Source of the DNA: Blepharisma stoltei ATCC 30299
Taxonomy: Eukaryota; Protista; Ciliophora
Direction: 5' to 3'
Assembly (NCBI GenBank): GCA_965603825.1
Contig: CBFDEM010000013.1
Location: 877,581-941,580 of the forward strand
Length of the DNA: 64,000 bases
The notes below the pieces were generated by a model, which ran no database searches, was not told where the DNA came from, and was given only the letters and a program-made list of their open reading frames with translations. Shown one piece after another: positions 39,038 to 51,925 of the stretch (the first letter of the stretch is position 1; every line of letters starts with the position of its first letter). The translations under genes were made by a program, and so were the position numbers.

Positions 39038-40342
39038 ATGTTTAGTGGTAGATGCTTTAAGGAAAACTGCTATAATAAGCTTGCTGGGAAATGTGAATGC
39101 GAAGGAAATATACTATTTTGCATTGAGCATGCACCTGAACATTTCCAAAAATCCAACAGTAAAAGGCATCAATGGTTGAGCTCCTACATCAAGCCAGCAG
39201 ATGAAATCAAGCAGCCAATCATTGAGAAGTTGACTGAGCTTAAAAAAGATATTAAAGGATACAGAAATGAAGTAATTGCAGAAGCAAGTGAAGTAATCAA
39301 AAACCTTAAAATTGCATTTGGGAAATATCTCGATCAAATTAATCATATAGAAAAAAGATGCACCAAAATAATTGAAGGACTGATGAGCGGAGAACAGTTT
39401 CTTGATGTCTCTGCTGAAGATGATATGGAAAGTGTGCTTAAACTTAATGCCCAAAGAGCCCAATTAAGAATGGCTGAATGGGGTGCAAAACAATGCTACT
39501 TGGATTATAGGGAAATAAATGAAGTTATTAGCAGAACTTATGAAAATCCTTTTAATCCTTTTAGAAAGGCCATAGAAGATACTATTGAATCAAATGAGCT
39601 ATCATTTTTTAGGCATAACTCTCAAAATTTTACTACAATAAATTTAGATAGCTTTCAGGTAACTTCTACGATTACTCTTCCAGTTCAGGAAAATATTCAT
39701 GGATATACCCAAAGCTGCATACTGCCTGATAAATCTTATTTTTATTTCGGCAATGCAACTATCAATTCAGGACTAACATTTACGGTAGACAAAAATAAAA
39801 CCGTTCGACTATTGCAAAAAGCAAAACAAGGTTGCTATATTGATGCTGCTTTTTATAAGAATTTTATGTATTTGATAGGAGGAAGTACTAATATGGCTGA
39901 AAGGTATGATTTTGCCAAAAATTCGTGGGAAAGTATAGCTCCAGTACCTCAAGGTTTGAATTTCAGTTACAGCTGCAGTGCTTTATTGAAAGATTCAATT
40001 CTTATAGCTGGATATTATTTGAATAAAATGATATGCTATAGCATTAGTCAAAATAACTATAAAGATGTTCCTAATTTAGTGCTGAATGCTAATTGTCATA
40101 AATTTATGATGAGAGGAAACAACAGAATTTATTTAGTAGAGAAAGGAAACAGAATTATGGAAAGCGCTGAAAACGATTATTCAAGCTGGACTCAGGTAGG
40201 CGACTGTGGTATTGCAAATGGCGGTACACTTCAATCAAGTATTGTTCGTTATAAAGGTTCTCTTTACTCCATTCATTATGATAGCCAACTATGGAAATTC
40301 GATCTGGCTTCAAAGCAAATCTCTCAAGTAAAAAACGTCTAG
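39038..40342 (+). CDS. Family B copy B1: Cys/His zinc module - coiled coil - Kelch-like propeller (434 aa)
   Basis: C-x4-C-x6-C-x-C-x6-C-x2-H-x3-H; MYLIGG..AERYDF..W..IAP.P Kelch signature. Confidence 0.9.
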   Translation: MFSGRCFKENCYNKLAGKCECEGNILFCIEHAPEHFQKSNSKRHQWLSSYIKPADEIKQPIIEKLTELKKDIKGYRNEVIAEASEVIKNLKIAFGKYLDQINHIEKRCTKIIEGLMSGEQFLDVSAEDDMESVLKLNAQRAQLRMAEWGAKQCYLDYREINEVISRTYENPFNPFRKAIEDTIESNELSFFRHNSQNFTTINLDSFQVTSTITLPVQENIHGYTQSCILPDKSYFYFGNATINSGLTFTVDKNKTVRLLQKAKQGCYIDAAFYKNFMYLIGGSTNMAERYDFAKNSWESIAPVPQGLNFSYSCSALLKDSILIAGYYLNKMICYSISQNNYKDVPNLVLNANCHKFMMRGNNRIYLVEKGNRIMESAENDYSSWTQVGDCGIANGGTLQSSIVRYKGSLYSIHYDSQLWKFDLASKQISQVKNV

Positions 40343-40519
40343 ATTTAAATTTAAGTTTTATATTGAGATTTCATACTAAAGCTAAACTTCCTTCCAACTT
40401 TGAAACCCGCTATTTGTAGGCTGCATGTGACCTATTTTAATGAGATATGCATCCTTTATAATTATAAGAATAATATTCTGGTTATATTTTTTCTTATCAG
40501 TACCTGGTGTTCTATTAAG

Positions 40520-41086
40520 GATGAGTTATAACATTTGACCATGCATTCTCTTCATTACCTTGATTTTTATCAGGATGATATATAAATAATAAGCGTCTCT
40601 TTTTGGCTTCAACGGCTTCATTGCTTGAGTACTCGTATAGTTCAAATACTTCAAGTGCAACCTTATACATATCCTTCTTAAACTCTATGCTGTCTTCCTT
40701 TCTTATAGCTATAGCATACTCTTGGAAGCTAAATATTTTCCAGCTTTATAGCCTACAATTCCGCCAATAGCTGCACCTATAGCAGATCCTATTCCTGGAA
40801 AAATGATGGTTCCAATAATACATCCAATGCTAGCTCCTAATAAACTTCCCAATAATCCACCTCCTTCATTACATAATTCTTTGAAGGCTTCACTCCCAGA
40901 AATTCTTCCAAACATCCATCTTGCAATTATCTGAGAACAATTAACAAGCGCACTCGTAAGCGCATAGCCCATTGGATTCATCCAGGTGCTAAGAAAGTTA
41001 GCATTATTTGCAACTGCTGCTGATGCCGCTGTAACCATTCCTTCAATTGCTTGCTTTCTCCTTGAAGATGTTTTGCCACTTCCCAT
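40520..41086 (-). pseudogene. Glycine-zipper membrane protein with frameshifted C-terminal J-domain
   Basis: GxxxG array (GGLLGSLLGASIGCIIG..PGIGSAIGAAIGGIVG); alternate frame after ~40720 reads ALEVFEL..KKRRLLFIYHPDKNQG (HPD at 40569-40577). Confidence 0.7.
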
Positions 41087-41329
41087 TATATTTTATATAG
41101 GGGAATTCATCTATAAAAATGTCATATAGCTATAGTCTAATTCAACCCTTACTAAATAATAATTAGGCTATTTATTCAAAATATCGAAATTGTATGACTG
41201 AATAAAAGATTAATTGAAATTATTTGCTATAGCTTTTGAATTTAAAGCTGCGTAAGGGTGGGTCGGGAGTATACTTGAATTCTTGGTAATACGGATTTTG
41301 GCAGCACACAAAAGGTTGAATTTAATCTG

Positions 41330-41850
41330 AAGACTAAATATTTACATTGTTCAATAAAACTCTATAGATTTTTTGCTTCATATTGAGAAAGCGTACAAAG
41401 TTTATGCTAAATCAAGAAAAATCTATACTAAATGCACAGGTGCGCAATATTTCGAAGATATTTTTCTTGATATAGCTTTGTTTTTTCGGAAATCATCAAT
41501 TTATTATTAGATTTTATTAACTAACTTAATAATTAAACAATGAAAATATTAAATACTCTTGCTTTATCAGTAATAAAACTGGCGAAATCATAGATGCAAT
41601 ACCACAAGTTTTTTTCGTCTTTTTAGATCATTTTTGTATCAAGGTCTTGAATTATAATCAGTTATTAAGGTATTTCCGTTTTCTTTTTCCTCAAATTTTA
41701 CAGCTAGCACTGAATTTTATATATATTTACCATTGGTTCCAGAGAGATAATTCACACAAGAATTATATTTAAAGTCGATTATAAAGTTTTAAGATGCTTT
41801 AATTGATTCTTTTTAGGTCAAATTGGATAAGCCTGCACTCAAAAGTTGTA
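41330..41850 (-). pseudogene. Relic of a family-A repeat unit (intergenic motifs plus last codons of the gene)
   Basis: Shares attgagaaagcg.acaaa, aaatgcacaggtgcgcaatat, cagtaataaaact motifs and ttataaagttttaagatgctttaattg 3' end. Confidence 0.6.
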
Positions 41851-42274
41851 ATTAAAAAATATTTTCTAATTGCAAAGATTATGAACGACGAGAAGCTTGT
41901 TGAAATATGTGGTTCATTCCAATTGATGCTCATGCTTTGTTATTGTGTAAGCCACTTTCATAATAATTTCTATTGCAGTCAACATGGGTTTAACAGGAAT
42001 TTGATTTAAAAATTCTATATATACTTGGTAACTTGGTAACCAACTGCGAAGAGTTGAGAGTAAGATGAGCCATCTTGATCGTAAGCACATATCATTCAAG
42101 AATAATAAACATTTGATAAGAGAGTCTTATAGGCTGTCATGTGTCAAAAACAAATTGAGGAATGAAGTCCGATCATAAAAGATTGCTATACACTAAATAA
42201 ATTAATGCAAATTGTAATAAATCTAAGAAATTAAGTTACCTATCATTAAAAATTGCAAAAAGATAAATTTATAT

Positions 42275-42660
42275 ATAAAATTGCTAATGCAACTTAAGTT
42301 ATCAAAATTTCAGCATGCTTTTAAAAAAATTTTGGCAAATCAATGAAGTTGGTAAAAGATGCACCAAAATTAATATAAAACTATAATGTGAAAAAGAGCT
42401 TCTGAATGCTGCTACTAAAGATGATATAGAAAACTTGCTCAAACTCAATATTGAGAGAGCCAATTCCAAAAGGATGAGTTTAGTACAATCGCTGACAAAT
42501 GAATTATAGGAAAATGAATGAGACTTATTAAATCTTTTCAATCCTTTATTGGAGCTGTTGGAAATGAAATTGAATCAAATGAACTGTCATCCTTTAGGCA
42601 CAATGCTTCATTTTTTATTATAAATTTAGAGAGATTGGAAATTTCTTCCATAAGTACTCT
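42275..42660 (+). pseudogene. Degenerate family-B fragment
   Basis: aaaagatgcaccaaaata, gatgatatagaaaac, attgaatcaaatgaactgtcatcctttaggcac match B1; frames broken. Confidence 0.65.
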
Positions 42661-43176
42661 TGATTTTCAATTCTAATTGCTGTAGCACTCCTTTTATAAG
42701 AAGAATTTGATTGCAATGCATTGGATATTTCTTAAGCTCTCATATTAACACTTCTTTATAAACCTTCTCCATTTTTCAAATTTTTATATGTATATAAATA
42801 GAAAATCGTATTTCAGGCATCTAAACACCAAAGCACATAATAGAAATATTCTTAATAATTAATACCTTCAAGGCTTTGGTTGGGCAAGCAAAATTCCAAA
42901 TTTAGCATTTAAAAGAATATTCTAGTCAATAAATCTCAAACATAAAAATTAAATAAATAATAGCTTGATTATACTTAAAATTGTATAAAACTTGCTAAGA
43001 TTATAAAAATAATAATTATCTAATTTTGAGTAGAAGTCAATTATAAACTACAGAAAATCTTAAGCCACTTATTTAAAATTGTAACCCAAAACAGTTGCTT
43101 TTCTTAACTTATTCATAAAATCATCATTTGCATTTACTGAAGCCATTTTCAGCAATTAGCTATATCTCTATAAAAA

Positions 43177-44458
43177 ATGCTTAGTTGCAGATGCTTTAAG
43201 GAAAACTGCTATAATAAACCTGCTGGGAAATGTAAATGCGAAAGAAATGTACTATTTTTCATTGAGCATGCACCTGAGCATTTCCAAAAACCCTGCAATA
43301 GAAGTCATCAATGGCTGAGCCCTGACATCAAGCCAGCAGATGAAATCAGCCAACCAATTATTATAAAGCTGATAGAGCTCAAAAAAGATATTGAAGGATA
43401 TAGAAATAAAATAATTTCAGAAGCAAATGAAGTAATCAACAACTTTAAAACTACATTTGGGGAGTATCTAGATCAAATTAATAACATAGAAAAAAGATGA
43501 AGTAAAATCATTGAAGGACTGATGAGTGGAGAAAAGTCTCTTGATGACTCTGCTGAAGATGATATGGAAAATGTGTTTAAACTTTATGCTGAAAGAGCCC
43601 CTAGATGAGATTCAAAACAATATTGTTTGGACTATAGCGAAATATATGCAGCTATAAGCAAAACTTATGAAATTCCTTTTAAAGAGGCCATAGAAGATAC
43701 TATTAAATCAAGTGAACTATCATTTTTTATGAGTAACTCTCAAAATTTCACTACAATAAATTTAGATAGCTTTAAGATAACTTCTACGGTTACTCTTCCA
43801 GTTCAGGAAAGAATTCATCCATATACCTCAAGCTGTATGCTGCCTAATAAATCGTATTTTTATTTCGGCAATCCAAATACGAATTCAGGTCTTACATTCA
43901 CAATTGACAAAAATTACAATGTTAAGCAACTGCAAAAGTCAAAACCAGGCAGCTATATTGATTCTGTTTTTTATGAGAATTTTATGTATTTGATAGGAGG
44001 AGACACCAATATGGCTGAAAGGTATGATTTCGTCCAAAATCAGTGGGAAAGTCTAGCTCCAGTACCTCAAGGTTTGAATTTCGATTTTAGCTGCAGTTTT
44101 TATTTAAAGATTCAATTCTTATAGCTGGATTAAATTTCAATAAGATGATATGCTACAGCATCAGTCAAAACAGCTATAAAGATGTACCTAATTTAGTACT
44201 AAATGTTAGTTATTGCAAATTTATGATGAGAGGGAACAACAGGATTTATTTAGTCGAGAAAGGATGCAGGATTTAGAAAGCGCTGAAAACAATTATTCAG
44301 GTTGGGCTCAAGTATGTGGCTGTGGCATTGCAAATGACCGTCAACTTCAATCAAGTATTGTTCGTCATAAAGGGTCTCTTTATTTCATTCATTTTGATAG
44401 CCAACTATGGAAATTCGATCTCACTTCAAAGCGGCTATCTTATCTAAAAAACGTCTAG
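43177..44458 (+). pseudogene. Family B copy B2, in-frame deletions and two frameshifts
   Basis: Colinear with B1; shifts near 44100 and 44273; Cys-to-Phe change in zinc module. Confidence 0.75.
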
Positions 44459-46275
44459 ATTTAAATTTAATTCTTTTACTTGGAATTGCATATATTTCAA
44501 CTAATTATTTAATTAAATAAAATCTTGAATATCAAACTGGATATAATTTTTTTTGAATAAACATATCAGCCTTTATCATTCACATTTAAGACTTTTTGAA
44601 CCCATATTCGAATTGAGTCTTTTGCTAAAATTAAATAATTCCCTGTAAATTTATAACAGTTTATAGAGTTCTCGTTGTATTTTATTCTATGAATTAATTT
44701 ACCTGACACAATCAATAAATGAGAAATGGTTTTTAGTTAGGAAGATATAATACACTTACAAAGCATTATTCCTCTAATTTTCTCATTAATTAAGAGATTT
44801 AATAAAATTTCTGCACTTAGAAATGATAAGTTTTTCAATTTTTCTATCTTTTGGTTCAAAAATTGCTTTTATGCATTATTTCACTCATCTTACAGTTAGA
44901 AAAATTTGAAAAAGCCACAAATGATAAAGTAAAATCTGCATCTCTTAAATCGCTATTGGAAAAATCAGTTCTAAGAAAAGAGATATTTAACAAATCTGCA
45001 TAGGGATTGTAATATTTAGCAAATTTGATCATCAAAGGAAATCCAATTTTTATTCAGCGTTGCTTGAAGCTAAATTATTCCTTCTGAATACCTGGAAAAA
45101 AGCATAATTTGATAAAGTCTTTGCTTATGTTTTTTGATTCTTCATTGATGAGTGAGATTTAATTGAAGAGATATTTTCTATATTTTTGATATTATTGAGA
45201 ATCTTTTCAATTAAATCTTTCTTTAGAGCTGATGATTTACCAAATTTTATTCTTCCAGGATTTTCTTGAATATGTTTAATTGAAGGTAGAGAGTTTTTTT
45301 TGCCCCTAGAAATCTGCTATTTAGAATTCCAACTACAAAATCTAAAAATCCTTGTTTACTTGACAACTACTTTTGAATTTCAATGGAAAATTCATGCATG
45401 TCCTTCAAATTGCCTACTAAAATTATTTTTTATTGTAGCAATCCAAAATGGCAGTTCAGACTTGCTTTTACGATTGGCAAGAATAAAAATGCCAAACAAC
45501 TATAAAATTCATAAGTTAACTCTTAATTTTTATACTTGCTAAGGTGATATTATACGCTTGCTGAAAGATATAATTTTAAGCAAAAAGAGTGGCAAAGCTT
45601 TGCTCCTACCTCAAGACCCAGTGTTTTGCTATAGTATAGCAGCTATTATAATAACTAACAAATTGCATAAGGAACTAAGTGACAGTCCGTAATTTATCTT
45701 TCTTCGAAGGAATTATCTCAAGTAAAAACTGTCTAGGATAAATTTAATAAAAGTTGAATTGCTCTAAATTTTATATCTAAATTATAAAACTAAATATTTT
45801 ATTGATAATAATTTTATACAAGTTTGCATAAGAATAGGCAATAGACAATGCACATTATGATTAAGCTTACCTATGTTTTCTAAGGCTGCATGATTCAATT
45901 CCATATATAGTTATCTTTCTGAAAATTGAGCCTGAAAGCTCTAAAGATGACAGTAAAATTCATTATTTATATGATAAAAATGCTAGAGCGAATAAAATTT
46001 GCTATTTTGTTGCTCCTAATTATTGCTCTTTTTATTTATAAGTAAATAATTCGAATTTCTAGTTTTAAATAAATTGATTATTCCAGTCAATACACCTTAA
46101 ATTGTAAAATTTTTGGTTGAATAAAATACTCTTATTGTTTGCATAAATAAAAATAAACCCAATTTAAAAGATCAATTGAGATTATAAAGCTTAATATTTC
46201 TCCCATTTTTTGTGGAAAACCATAATGGCTACTGATGTTGATTTAATATCTTAATAGACATCAAATCTATAAAAA

Positions 46276-47708
46276 ATGTTTAGTGGCAGATGCTTCAAAG
46301 CTGACTGCTATAATAAGATTGTTGGAAAATGTGAATGCGAAGGAAATGTACTATTTTGCTCTGAGCATGCATTCGAGCATTTCCGAAAAACACCCTCTAA
46401 AGGTCACATATTACGAGATTCTTACATTAAGCCTGCCAATGACATCAAGCAGCCAATCATTCAAAAGTTGACAGAGCTTAAAAAAGATATGCATAATTTT
46501 CTGAATGCAATTAAACATGCTTTATCAACATTAAAATAAATAAATAAATTAAATATAAGAATATTAAAAATAATTAATAGCTATTAAAATTTTTGTTTAA
46601 TTCTATCAAACTGTATATTAAAGCATTCAGAAGTCAAGCAATAACTAATGCAGGTGAAGTTATCAAAAATTATAAAATCGCTTTTGGAAAATACATAGAT
46701 GAAATTAATTTTATTGATAAAAGATGTAGTAGTTTGATTGATGTTTTGAATAATGGAAAAGAGGTTCTTGACATCTCTGGGGAAAATGACTTGGAAAGTA
46801 TTATCAAACTAAATGCCCAGGCTGCTCAACTAAAAATGCTTGGGTGGGATGTAAAGAAATGCTATTTCAACGCACAGGAATTAAGTACCTCTATAAGCAA
46901 AATATGTGAAATCCCCTTCAATCCTTTTGGAAAGGCGATAGAAGATATGATTGAATCAAACGAACTTTCATTTTTTAGACATAGCTCTCAAAATTTTACA
47001 ACAATAAACTTAGACAGCTTTGAAGTGACTTCTACAATTGCACTTCAAACTCAAGAACCAATCCATGGATATACCTCAAGCTGCATGCTGCCTGATAAGT
47101 CCTATTTTTATTTCGGCAATGTAAATTACAATTCAGGACTAACATTTATTATTGATAGAAATAAAAATGTTAGACAATTACAAAAATCAAAACCAAGTGG
47201 TTATATTGATCCTATTTTTTATAATAACTTTATGTACTTGATAGGGGGACAGAATAATATAGCTGAAAGATATAACATTGCTCAAAATTCATGGGAAAGT
47301 ATAGCTCCAGTACCTCAAGGTTTTAATTACACTTATAGCTGCAATGCTTTATTGAAAGATTCAATCCTTATAACTGGATATCATTTCAATAAAACGATGT
47401 GCTACAGCATAAGTCAAAACAATTATAAAGATGTACCCAGTTTAGTGCTAAATGTGAATTATTATAAATTTATGATGAGAGGAAACAACAGGATTTATTT
47501 AGTCGAGAAAGGATTAAGGATTATAGAAAGCGCTGAAAATGATTATTCAAGCTGGACTCAGGTAGGTGGCTGTAGCATTTCAAATAGCCCTTGACTTCAA
47601 TCAAGCATTGTTCGATATAAAGGCTCTCTTTACTTCATTCATTATAACAACCAACTATGGAAATTCGATCTGGCTTCAAAACAAATTTCTCAAGTAAAAA
47701 GCGTCTAG
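46276..47708 (+). CDS. Family B copy B3, intact (434 aa) once a 128-bp IES-like insert is removed
   Basis: 1433-128 = 1305 nt, same as B1 and B4; TGA=Trp at 47592-47594; TAG 47706-47708. Confidence 0.8.
46487..46618. mobile_element. IES-like insertion, 128 bp, ATAT direct repeat with TAT(G/A)CA inverted ends
   Basis: aaaagATATgcat...ctgtATATtaaagc; paralog B4 reads aaaagatattaaagc; extremely AT-rich; no GT..AG ends. Confidence 0.85.
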
Positions 47709-49035
47709 ACTTAAATTTAATTCTTTATATCGAAATTGCATATTTTGTAAGTAAGTAAGTAATTTAAAATAATCAAACTTAAAATATGCAACTGCAGATA
47801 TAAATATATATTGAAAACCATAACTACCAACTCATGAATCACTTTATCCCAAAACCAAAGAAACTTTTTTATGATTTAGAAAGAGCTTAACGAAATGTAA
47901 TTATATTGCTGCAAGGACTCTGATTAGATTAAATAAATATGGTATTTCGGGGACATGCTTTGTAACTCCGAAATTTTTCAAATCCTGCTTTATCTCTGAA
48001 TTTTAATAAATTTGCCATGTTTACTTTTCCTCGACTTCTTCTGATCCTGTCGTCAAATATTTTTAAATTGACCTTAGTTTATTTAACATGGCATTCTTCG
48101 CAAATATTATTTTTACCATCGTCTGAATTCTGATTCCTAATCACCATCAGGCTTATTGGCCCGTATCTCCACGCTGCTTTTATCCTCCCTTTTTGCATCA
48201 ACTCGATTCATACTTCAAAACTGAGCCTTTCCTAAATTTAGAGTGTTTATTTGCATGCCATATGTTGCTTTAATGATATTTCTTTCTAGCTTTTCTTATT
48301 CTTTCAATGATTTTTCGCTTTCCTTTTAAAAGCCCTTTTGGAGTTATTTATACTTTATTGGATCTCAGACCCATTATTTTAATGATATATGGCTTATCCA
48401 ATTCTTATTTTAACAGTAAATTATTGTAAAGATTTTGATCTGGTGTGATTTTATCGTTTAAAGTTTTAAGTAAATGTGCTGAAATTTAGAATGCGATGAA
48501 ATTTAAATATTTTTTAAAAAAAGAATAAACTCTCTTGATTCATATATTGATCATTCTCATTATTTTTAAGTCAAGCAAGATAGGCTTTATTGAATTTTTT
48601 TCATAGGCATGGTAAATTTCTCTAAGAGATGTTTTATAAGCATATAAGAATAGAAAGCCATATTTCGGACATCAAAATAGTTACAACAAAGTATAAAATA
48701 GAATATTCTAGAGAATTAATGCTTTAGCGGTTTATTGCTTAAGCATATTCAAAATTTAGCATTCAAAAGCGGATTATTCCAGTAAATAAATCTCAAAAAA
48801 ATTGAAATAAGTAATTAACTCAAGTAAAGCTTTTATTTATTATAACTTGATAAGACATAAAGTTAATGATATGTAAAAAATAATAATTCTCCAATTTTGA
48901 GTAGAAGTCCATAATAAACTATTGAGCCTTTAAGTAATATATAAAAAATTGCAACTAAAAACAAAAAATATTTAATTTGCTCATAAAATCATCAATTTGC
49001 ATTTACTTAAGACATTTTTTGAGATTCTATAATAA

Positions 49036-50340
49036 ATGCTCAGTGGTAAATGCTTCAAGGAAAACTGCTACAATAAGCTTGTTGGCAAATGTAGATGCGA
49101 AGAAAATATACTATTCTGCAATGAGCACTTACCTGAGCATTTCCAAAAGTCCAGCAATAAAGGGCATCAATGGTTGAGCTCGCACTTCAAGCCAGCAGAT
49201 GATATAAAGCAGCCAATTATTCAGAAGTTGACTGAGCTTAAAAAAGATATTAAAGCATATAGAAATAAAGCGCTTAGAGAAGCAAGTGAAATAATCAAAA
49301 ACTTTAAAACTACATTTGGGAAATATCTAGATCAGATTAATTATATTGATAACAGATGCAGCAAAATAATTGAAGGGCTGAATAGTGGAGAAGAGTTTCT
49401 TGACGTCTCTACTGAAGATGATATGGAAAGTGTGCTTAAACTTAATGCACAGAGAGCCCAATTAAGAATGGCTGGATGGGATACAAAACAATGCTGTTTG
49501 GACTATAGTGAAATAAATGCAGCTATAAGTAAAACTTATATAACTCCCTTCAATCCATTTGTAAAGGGCATAGAAGATGCTGTTGAGTCAAATGAACTCT
49601 CTTTTTTTAGGAGTGGCTCTCAAAATTTTGCCACAATAAACTTAGATAGTTTTCAGGTAACTTCTACGATTACTCTTCAAATTGCGGAAAGCATTCATGC
49701 GCATACTTCAAGCTGCATACTGCCTGATAAATCTTATTTTTATTTTGGTAATCCAAGTTATAATTATGGCACTACATTTATGGTAGACAAAAATAAAACC
49801 GTTCGACTATTGCAAAAAGCAAAACAAGGTTGCTATATTGATTCTGTTTTTTATAAGAATTTTATGTATTTGATAGGAGGAAGTGCTAATATGGCTGAAA
49901 GGTATGATTTTGCACAAAATCAGTGGCAAAGCTTAGCTCCAGTACCTCAAGGCTTGAGTTTTCAATATAGCTGCAGTATATTATTGAAAGATTCGATTCT
50001 TATAACTGGATATAGTCTCAATAAAATGATATGCTACAACATCATTCAAAACAATTATAAAGATGTGCCCAATTTAGTGCTAAATGTGAATTATTATAAA
50101 TTTATGATTAGAGGGAATAACAGAATTTATTTAGTTGAGAAAGGATGCAGAATTATGGAAAGCGCTGAAAACGATTATTCAGGCTGGACTCAAGTAGGTG
50201 GCTGCGGTATTGCAAATAACGCCCCACTTCAATCAAGTATTGTTCGTTATAAAGGCTTTCTTTACTTCATTCATTTTGATAGCCAACTATGGAAATTCGA
50301 TCTGGCTTCAAAGCAAATTTCTCAAGTAAAAAACGTCTAG
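49036..50340 (+). CDS. Family B copy B4 (434 aa)
   Basis: Intact ORF, close paralog of B1. Confidence 0.9.
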   Translation: MLSGKCFKENCYNKLVGKCRCEENILFCNEHLPEHFQKSSNKGHQWLSSHFKPADDIKQPIIQKLTELKKDIKAYRNKALREASEIIKNFKTTFGKYLDQINYIDNRCSKIIEGLNSGEEFLDVSTEDDMESVLKLNAQRAQLRMAGWDTKQCCLDYSEINAAISKTYITPFNPFVKGIEDAVESNELSFFRSGSQNFATINLDSFQVTSTITLQIAESIHAHTSSCILPDKSYFYFGNPSYNYGTTFMVDKNKTVRLLQKAKQGCYIDSVFYKNFMYLIGGSANMAERYDFAQNQWQSLAPVPQGLSFQYSCSILLKDSILITGYSLNKMICYNIIQNNYKDVPNLVLNVNYYKFMIRGNNRIYLVEKGCRIMESAENDYSGWTQVGGCGIANNAPLQSSIVRYKGFLYFIHFDSQLWKFDLASKQISQVKNV

Positions 50341-50649
50341 ATTTAAATTTAATTCTTTACATTGAAATAATTTATAAATAAGTAATTAAAAAAGCACAGA
50401 CTTAAGCCTAGAATTATATACAATAGAAATATCGAATTATTCAAGCCAAAAGTTATAAAATCACTGAAAAAATAAAAGACAAGTATAAAATCAATAAATA
50501 TATACAATTCAGCTATGGTATAATAACTTATTCCTCTCCATGAGTTACTTTTTTAAAAAATTAATTCCTACCTGATATGGAGAGCTGTTCATAGATTGAA
50601 ATAGATTAAATTTTAAAATTAAGCCTTTAAATCTCAAGAATCTGTAAAT

Positions 50650-51925
50650 ATGTCAATTAGTAGGTGCTTTGTTGATGGCTGTATGAGCAAGCTCTTTGGA
50701 AAGTGTGAATGTGAAGGAATCGTCTTATTTTGCAAAGAGCACGCTGTTGATCACGTAGTAAAACCATCTTCTAAAGGACATCAATGCTTGAGGCTTTACT
50801 TTAGGCCAGCAGACGAAATTAGGCAGCCAATTATCGATAAGCTGAAGGAATTCAAAAATGATATCAAAAAATATAGAAATGCAGCAATTGCTAATGCAAA
50901 TGAAATAATCAACAATTTTAAAAATGAACTTGGAAAATATATCAATAAAATCAATGAAGTAGAAATGAGATGTAATAAAATGATTGAGATTTTATATAGT
51001 GGAGAAGAGGTTCTTGATATCTTTACTCAAGACGATATGGAAAACGTGTTGAAATTAAATGCTACTGGAACTAAAGAGTGCATCGCCGATTGAAATATAG
51101 ACGAATACCAATTGGATTACAAGGATATAAATGCAGCTATTAAAAACATTTATAAAATCCCTTTTAAGATTTATTGGGTAATTGAATCGAACAAGCTTTC
51201 CTTTTTTAGAGCAAATTCTTCAAGTTTTACTACTATCAACTTAGGTTTTTTCTACAGTAGCTCTTCCAACTTGAGAACCAGATCAAGAATATGCTAGAAG
51301 CTGCATACTTCCAGATGGATCTTATTTTTACTGTTGCAATCGGAATTCTACATCAGGCCTCACATTTATCATTGACAAAAATCAAAATTGCAAAAGGCTG
51401 CAAAGCTCAAAATTTAATATGAATGTTGATCCTATTTTTTACAATAATTTTATCTACTTGATTGGTGGAAATTATAATCTGGCTGAGAGGTACGATTTTA
51501 AACGAAACGTGTGGGAAAAGATGGCAAAAATACCTCAGGGTTTGAATTTACAATATAGTTGTAATGCGAGATATAGAGATTCCATTCTTATAGCAGCCTA
51601 CAATCTTCATAAAATAATAATTTATAACACATCTCAAAATAACTATCAAGACGTCCCGAATTTGGCATTGAGTTGTGGGTGATTTAAATTGATGCTAAAA
51701 GGGAACAATAGAATTTATTTGCTTGAGAGAAATAGAAGTATTTTCGAAAGTGCTGAAAACAGCATTTTAAGCTGAAGTCATATAGGAACTAATAGCATTC
51801 CAGCTGAATATTATCAGTCAAGCTTTGTTCTGTATAAGAAATGCTATTATATTGTTGATTATGGCAATAAACTCTGAAAATTTGATTTAACTTCAAAGCA
51901 AGCATCTTATATAAACACTGTCTAA
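50650..51925 (+). pseudogene. Family B copy B5, divergent, frameshifting deletion near 51245
   Basis: Zinc module and IYLIGG..AERYDF blades present; several TGA=Trp; frame change at ttaggttttttctacag. Confidence 0.7.

Noticed and set aside
42187-42275. Possible fourth IES (TATACAC..TATATA) in the family-B relic
   Set aside because: Flanks too degraded to define an empty site
45000-45540. Possible decayed minus-strand gene
   Set aside because: Short open segments only, no motif
46487-46618. Long spliceosomal intron in B3
   Set aside because: No GT..AG ends at the junction; TA direct repeats instead; all other introns here are 15-16 nt
47900-48380. Possible decayed gene or transposon remnant
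   Set aside because: Interrupted frames; no transposase motif or terminal repeats seen
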